Source: Bugula neritina (lineage: Eukaryota > Animalia > Bryozoa). From it: DNA of 64,000 nucleotides. Location of the stretch: NCBI GenBank assembly GCA_964035545.1, contig OZ037772.1:4121538-4185537 (forward strand), in the 5' to 3' direction. Both the position numbers and the translations under genes were made by a program. The notes below the pieces were generated by a model. The model did not search any database. It had not been told where the DNA came from and was given only the letters and a program-made list of their open reading frames with translations. Position 1 is the first letter of the stretch, and every line of letters begins with the position of its first letter. Positions 60,024 through 64,000 of the stretch are shown piece after piece.

Positions 60024-60845
60024 ATGGACGAGAGAGTAACTTCAATGGAAGGAGGTGAGCGAAACATTATTATAGGCCCTCTCGGAGCTGGAGAGGAGGT
60101 ATATAGGAACACATTAGAGGTTCCCGTGTTCACGGGCCTCGAGGATGTTGAACAGTTCGTTCAAGAGTTCCGTGAAGTTGCAGCCATTACAAGATGGCCG
60201 CCAAGAGTAACTCTTACGAAACTGCGGATGGCACTGACGGAAGAAGCCAAGCCGTACGGGTGGAAGCCTAGCGTAAACGGGATCATTGCTACACTACGGG
60301 CCCGTTTTGGCATGCCCGTTGCCGTCGCCAAGTCCAGGCTGCGAGGATTACTCCGCAGGACATGTACACCGCTTCCTGACCACGCCACTCTGGTGCAGAG
60401 ACTGGCACGGACCGCGTATAGCGATCTGCCAGAAACACACAGACGGCACTACACATTCGAAGCCTTTGTACAGTCTCTCAACTCTTTGGACTTCCACCAC
60501 CAGTTACAAGCCAAGGGAGTGACCACGATCGAGGCTGCAATCCAGGAGAACAAGGCCTACGCTGGAGCCGAGCAACTCTATAAGACGGAAGAGGCCACTC
60601 CCCAGACCTCTAGGGAACCAGACCATCCGATCCGCATAGCTGCCGCGACCATTCAACCCCCCATAGAGATGGAGATAAGCCGCTTGATGACTAGACTGGG
60701 ACAATTGGTGGCGACGATAACATACAACCACTCAAAGAAGAGTAAGAGGACGGCCGCAAAACCCCCCAGACCTATGATGCGACGCTGGGAAAGCGTCAAC
60801 CAGGGGCACCGCCACCCGAGCGGCTCAGTTGCTACAAGATTATAG
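60024..60845 (+). CDS. Element E Gag-like ORF with a decayed zinc knuckle
   Basis: Aligns with B and C Gag (PVFTGLEDVEQFVQEF..WPPRV..LRARFG), but CWECGNQGH reads RWESVNQGH and the rest is deleted. Confidence 0.85.
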   Translation: MDERVTSMEGGERNIIIGPLGAGEEVYRNTLEVPVFTGLEDVEQFVQEFREVAAITRWPPRVTLTKLRMALTEEAKPYGWKPSVNGIIATLRARFGMPVAVAKSRLRGLLRRTCTPLPDHATLVQRLARTAYSDLPETHRRHYTFEAFVQSLNSLDFHHQLQAKGVTTIEAAIQENKAYAGAEQLYKTEEATPQTSREPDHPIRIAAATIQPPIEMEISRLMTRLGQLVATITYNHSKKSKRTAAKPPRPMMRRWESVNQGHRHPSGSVATRL

Positions 60846-63681
60846 CGACGTGTTCAGCAGTGGGGACCATGACGTCGGCCTGACCACGGCCGTCCGTCAT
60901 GAGATACCGCTAGCTGCAGGGACTACCCCTATTCGGCAGCCCACTAGGAGGCTGGGACCCGAGAAGGAAAAGGAGGTCAGCCAACAAGTCCGGGATCTTT
61001 TGGACCGCGGCCTCATCGAGCCAGCACATAGTGCGTGGAGTTCACCGGTCGTTCTGGTCCGAAAGAAAGACGGTAGTTGGCGGTTCTGTGTGGATTATCG
61101 CAAGCTCAATAGCGTGACCATACAGGACGCCTACCCCTTACCCAGGATCGACGAATCTCTGGACGCCTTAGCCGGCAGCAAGTACTTCAGTACGCTAGAC
61201 TTGTTGAGCGGCTATTGGCAGGTCCCCCTCAGCCCAGACGCCCAGGAGAAGGCGGCGTTCATCACGCGGGACGGCTTATGGAAGTGGAAGGTCCTCCCCT
61301 TCGGACTGACTTCTGCCCCCGCCACGTTCCAGCGGCTCATGGAACAGGTCCTCAGTGGACTCTACTGGAAGACACTGCTAGTATACCTCGACGACGTCAT
61401 CGTGATCTCCCCAGACTTTCAGACACACGTCAGCCGTCTGCGGGAGGTCTTCGATCGACTCCGAGGCGCCAATCTGAAGCTCAAACCCTCCAAGTGCGCT
61501 CTCTTGCAGCCAGAGGTGAAGTACCTGGGGCACGTCGTCGGCCGTCACGGTGTGGTGACGGATCCTGAAAAGGTACGAGCTATAGAAGATTGGGTAGCCC
61601 CCCAGGATTTGACTGGGCTACGGGCTTTCCTGGGGCTGGTAGGGTATTACAGGCAATACATACCAGACTTTGCGGGGGTAGCGCAGCCGTTAAACCGGCT
61701 CACCGCAAAGGGGGTGACCTGGCAGTGGACTCCCGTCGAACAGAGAGCGTTCGACTGCCTCAAGGGCCGCCTGCTGGAGGCCCCTATCCTGGCCTATCCA
61801 GACCCTGCCCTGGAGTACATCCTCGATACTGACGCCAGTGACCAAAATGTCGGCGCTGTGCTGTCCCAGGTGCAGGAGGGCCGCGAAGTAGTCGTGGCCT
61901 ACTACAGTAAGTCTCTCTCGCCCACTGAACGAAATTACCTCACTACCCGAAAGGAATTACTGGCAGTAATCAAGTCAGTGAAGCATTTCAGACCTTATCT
62001 ATACGGCAGGAAGTTCCGCTTGCGGACCGACCACGCCACCTTGATTTGGTTATGTAAGAGAGCAGAACCGTCCAGCCAAGTCGCCCGATGGCTCGAGGTC
62101 CTGGCCGAGTTCTCTTACCGGATCGAGCACCGACCCGGTAAGAAACACGGCAATGCTGATGGACTGAGCCGGCGACCGGACGAGAGGTGTAAACAGTGCC
62201 TCAACATCGAGAAGAGGGACGGAGGTCCTCCAAAATCCGAGTTGAGAGCACTGAACCACTCTGAAACGGAGTATGACTGGGACCAGGGTCAACTCCTACA
62301 GAAGGCCGCTACGCCCCCGGAGGCTATCCAACGCCTCCGTGCCAATCCTGTCTTGGCTGATAACGTTAGGGAGCTACGAAGACTCCAGGAGGACCTCCCT
62401 GGAGTGGTAGCCGACGTATATCGTGCCAAAAAGGAGGGGCGACGACCCAGTAAAGAACAACTGCGACAGGGATGCACCGAGTTACGGTCGTACTGTCAAC
62501 GTTGGGACTCCCTGCGGATCGGGCCAGATGGTCTGCTGACCATCACAGTGGCTGCTCACAACAACCAGTACGGCAGGAAAAGAGTGATCTGCCCAGCCGC
62601 CATACGCCGGGAGTTAGTATGGGACACCCACAAACAGGCCCACGCCGGGGTGAGCAGGGTGCTCTCCAAGCTACAACTCCGGTGGTACTGGCCCGGCATG
62701 GAGCGTGAGGTGCGGCGTAGAGTCAAACAATGCGAAATCTGCCAGGCCAGCAAGCATGGCCGTCTCCCTGGCGAAGCGGGACGGCGTAGGCTATATGCTG
62801 GGAGGCCGTGGCAGGTGGTAGCTATCGACCTAGTCGGACCCATGCCCGTCACCCCCAGAGGAAACAGTTGGATCCTAGTATTAACCGACCACTTTACACG
62901 GTGGGCGGACGCCCTGGCTATTCCAGATGCGTCCGCCCCCACGGTGGCCAGGGTGCTGGACCAAAATGTATTCTGCTATCTTGGACTACCTGAGCAAATA
63001 CATTCGGACCAGGGGGCTCAATTCCAGTCCCAACTGTTGAGCGACCTCTGCCGCCTCTGGGGAGTAAACCAAAGCAGGACCACCCCGTACCATCCTCAGG
63101 GCAACGGGGTGGTGGAACGCAACAACCCCATGTTGGGCGATGCACTGCACAGTCTGCTCCTCGGCCGGGGTCAGGAGGAGTGGGATACGGTACTGCCGCA
63201 AGTCATGCGGGCCTACCGTAGTACACCACACACCAGTACGGGGGAAACCCCTTACCTCCTGATGCCTGGTCGAGAGACGCGAGTGCCTGACCACCTCACA
63301 TACCACATCCCAGAGCAGGACTATACCATCCACGAGTATGCCAGTAAATTGATAGAGGACCTGAGGGCCGCACACGAAATACTTCGGGCGAAGCAGTGGC
63401 AGGTACGGCGAGAGGACTCTCAGGAACCACCTCTCTATCAAACTGGGGACTGGGTGTGGATGGTCAACTACCGTAGGCGTCGAGGACAAGCGGCTAAGCT
63501 CCAGCCTAAGTTTGTGGGACCCTACGTAGTAGTTGAGGCTATGCCCAATCATACGTACAAGTTGGAGCGATCTGGACAGGTCTCTGTCCAGAACGAAGCC
63601 CGCTTGAAACCGTATTGGGCTAGCTCAGGAGCAGCAGGAGCAGCCCCCCCCCGTTGTTGGAGCCCAGGAGGCAGACAGTAA
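60778..63681 (+). CDS. Element E RT-RNase H-integrase ORF (no protease, no ATG of its own; +1 frame relative to gag)
   Basis: The frame opens after the TGA at 60775-60777. YLDD, DTDAS, HKQAH..CEIC, IDLVGP, HSDQG, VER and GPY are all present. The Pro-rich tail continues in other frames after C-run indels at ~63645 and ~63851. Confidence 0.9.
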   Translation, partial: CDAGKASTRGTATRAAQLLQDYSDVFSSGDHDVGLTTAVRHEIPLAAGTTPIRQPTRRLGPEKEKEVSQQVRDLLDRGLIEPAHSAWSSPVVLVRKKDGSWRFCVDYRKLNSVTIQDAYPLPRIDESLDALAGSKYFSTLDLLSGYWQVPLSPDAQEKAAFITRDGLWKWKVLPFGLTSAPATFQRLMEQVLSGLYWKTLLVYLDDVIVISPDFQTHVSRLREVFDRLRGANLKLKPSKCALLQPEVKYLGHVVGRHGVVTDPEKVRAIEDWVAPQDLTGLRAFLGLVGYYRQYIPDFAGVAQPLNRLTAKGVTWQWTPVEQRAFDCLKGRLLEAPILAYPDPALEYILDTDASDQNVGAVLSQVQEGREVVVAYYSKSLSPTERNYLTTRKELLAVIKSVKHFRPYLYGRKFRLRTDHATLIWLCKRAEPSSQVARWLEVLAEFSYRIEHRPGKKHGNADGLSRRPDERCKQCLNIEKRDGGPPKSELRALNHSETEYDWDQGQLLQKAATPPEAIQRLRANPVLADNVRELRRLQEDLPGVVADVYRAKKEGRRPSKEQLRQGCTELRSYCQRWDSLRIGPDGLLTITVAAHNNQYGRKRVICPAAIRRELVWDTHKQAHAGVSRVLSKLQLRWYWPGMEREVRRRVKQCEICQASKHGRLPGEAGRRRLYAGRPWQVVAIDLVGPMPVTPRGNSWILVLTDHFTRWADALAIPDASAPTVARVLDQNVFCYLGLPEQIHSDQGAQFQSQLLSDLCRLWGVNQSRTTPYHPQGNGVVERNNPMLGDALHSLLLGRGQEEWDTVLPQVMRAYRSTPHTSTGETPYLLMPGRETRVPDHLTYHIPEQDYTIHEYASKLIEDLRAAHEILRAKQWQVRREDSQEPPLYQTGDWVWMVNYRRRRGQAAKLQPKFVGPYVVVEAMPNHTYKLERSGQVSVQNEARLKPYWASSGAAGAAPPRCWSPGGRQ

Positions 63682-64000
63682 CGCGCGGGCGGCAACGGCA
63701 CGGACCAGAATACGAAGTGGTTGTGCCGCGGGGAGAGGACTTGGTGAGGCAGGAGACGCCACTCCCACCAACGGAAGTGCGCCTACCGCCCCCAGTACCA
63801 AGTCTACCCCCACCACTTCCGGTTCCGCATCCGCGTCCGGAAGTGCAAAACCCCCCCCCGTGGGAGGGGCTCCATCTGGAGACAACAGCGGAGAGGGGAA
63901 CACCACCACCAACGGCGGGCCAGAAACACCACAGGTGGAGCAAAATAGCCCACCAGTGAGTACGCCGCCCCAACCAACAGCTACAACTCCCTCTCCAGCT

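Larger units (their letters stand above)
59690..64000 (+). mobile_element. LTR retrotransposon E (Ty3/Gypsy, sister to B): diverged gag joined directly to RT-RNase H-IN with no protease; runs off the window
   Basis: The putative 5' LTR 59690-59962 (TGTAGTGAG..AATTACTACA) is inferred from shared termini with B and the identical tRNA-Leu PBS at 59964-59981. The left flank is ATAT. The 3' LTR is not in the window. Confidence 0.9.

Overview
AT-rich animal (invertebrate-type) genomic DNA made of young Ty3/Gypsy LTR retrotransposons set among decayed host-gene fragments. I found no intact host gene. The five LTR elements are: A (Mag-like, minus, 19291-34547, LTRs identical by eye); B (plus, 29162-34526); C (minus, 35171-42674, near-complete); D (Mag-like, plus, 46885-51844, three nonsense codons, inserted in a tRNA-Thr SINE); and E (plus, 59690 to beyond the window end). 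A's 5' LTR is split by two nested insertions, a 5.2-kb CAC..GTG DNA element and B. Two observations stand out. (1) B and E are sister elements with complementary deletions: B keeps Gag, protease and the integrase zinc finger but lacks RT/RNase H and the integrase core, while E keeps RT/RNase H/integrase but lacks protease and the Gag zinc knuckle. They share LTR termini, a U5 hairpin, the PBS and an ATAT flank, which suggests a bipartite, mutually complementing retrotransposon. (2) B and C carry, in the env position, a two-exon gene (25-nt ATG mini-exon plus a ~265-nt GT-AG intron) for a non-env C2H2/C2HC zinc-finger and coiled-coil protein. The host relics are a 5'-truncated KIF14-like kinesin pseudogene preceded by a lone ATAT1 exon, NRF-6-like exons, a Cys-rich repeat exon and the 3' part of a fibrillar collagen pseudogene. 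There are also MITEs, SINEs, a Penelope GIY-YIG fragment and minisatellites. All identifications are by eye from motifs; no searches were run.
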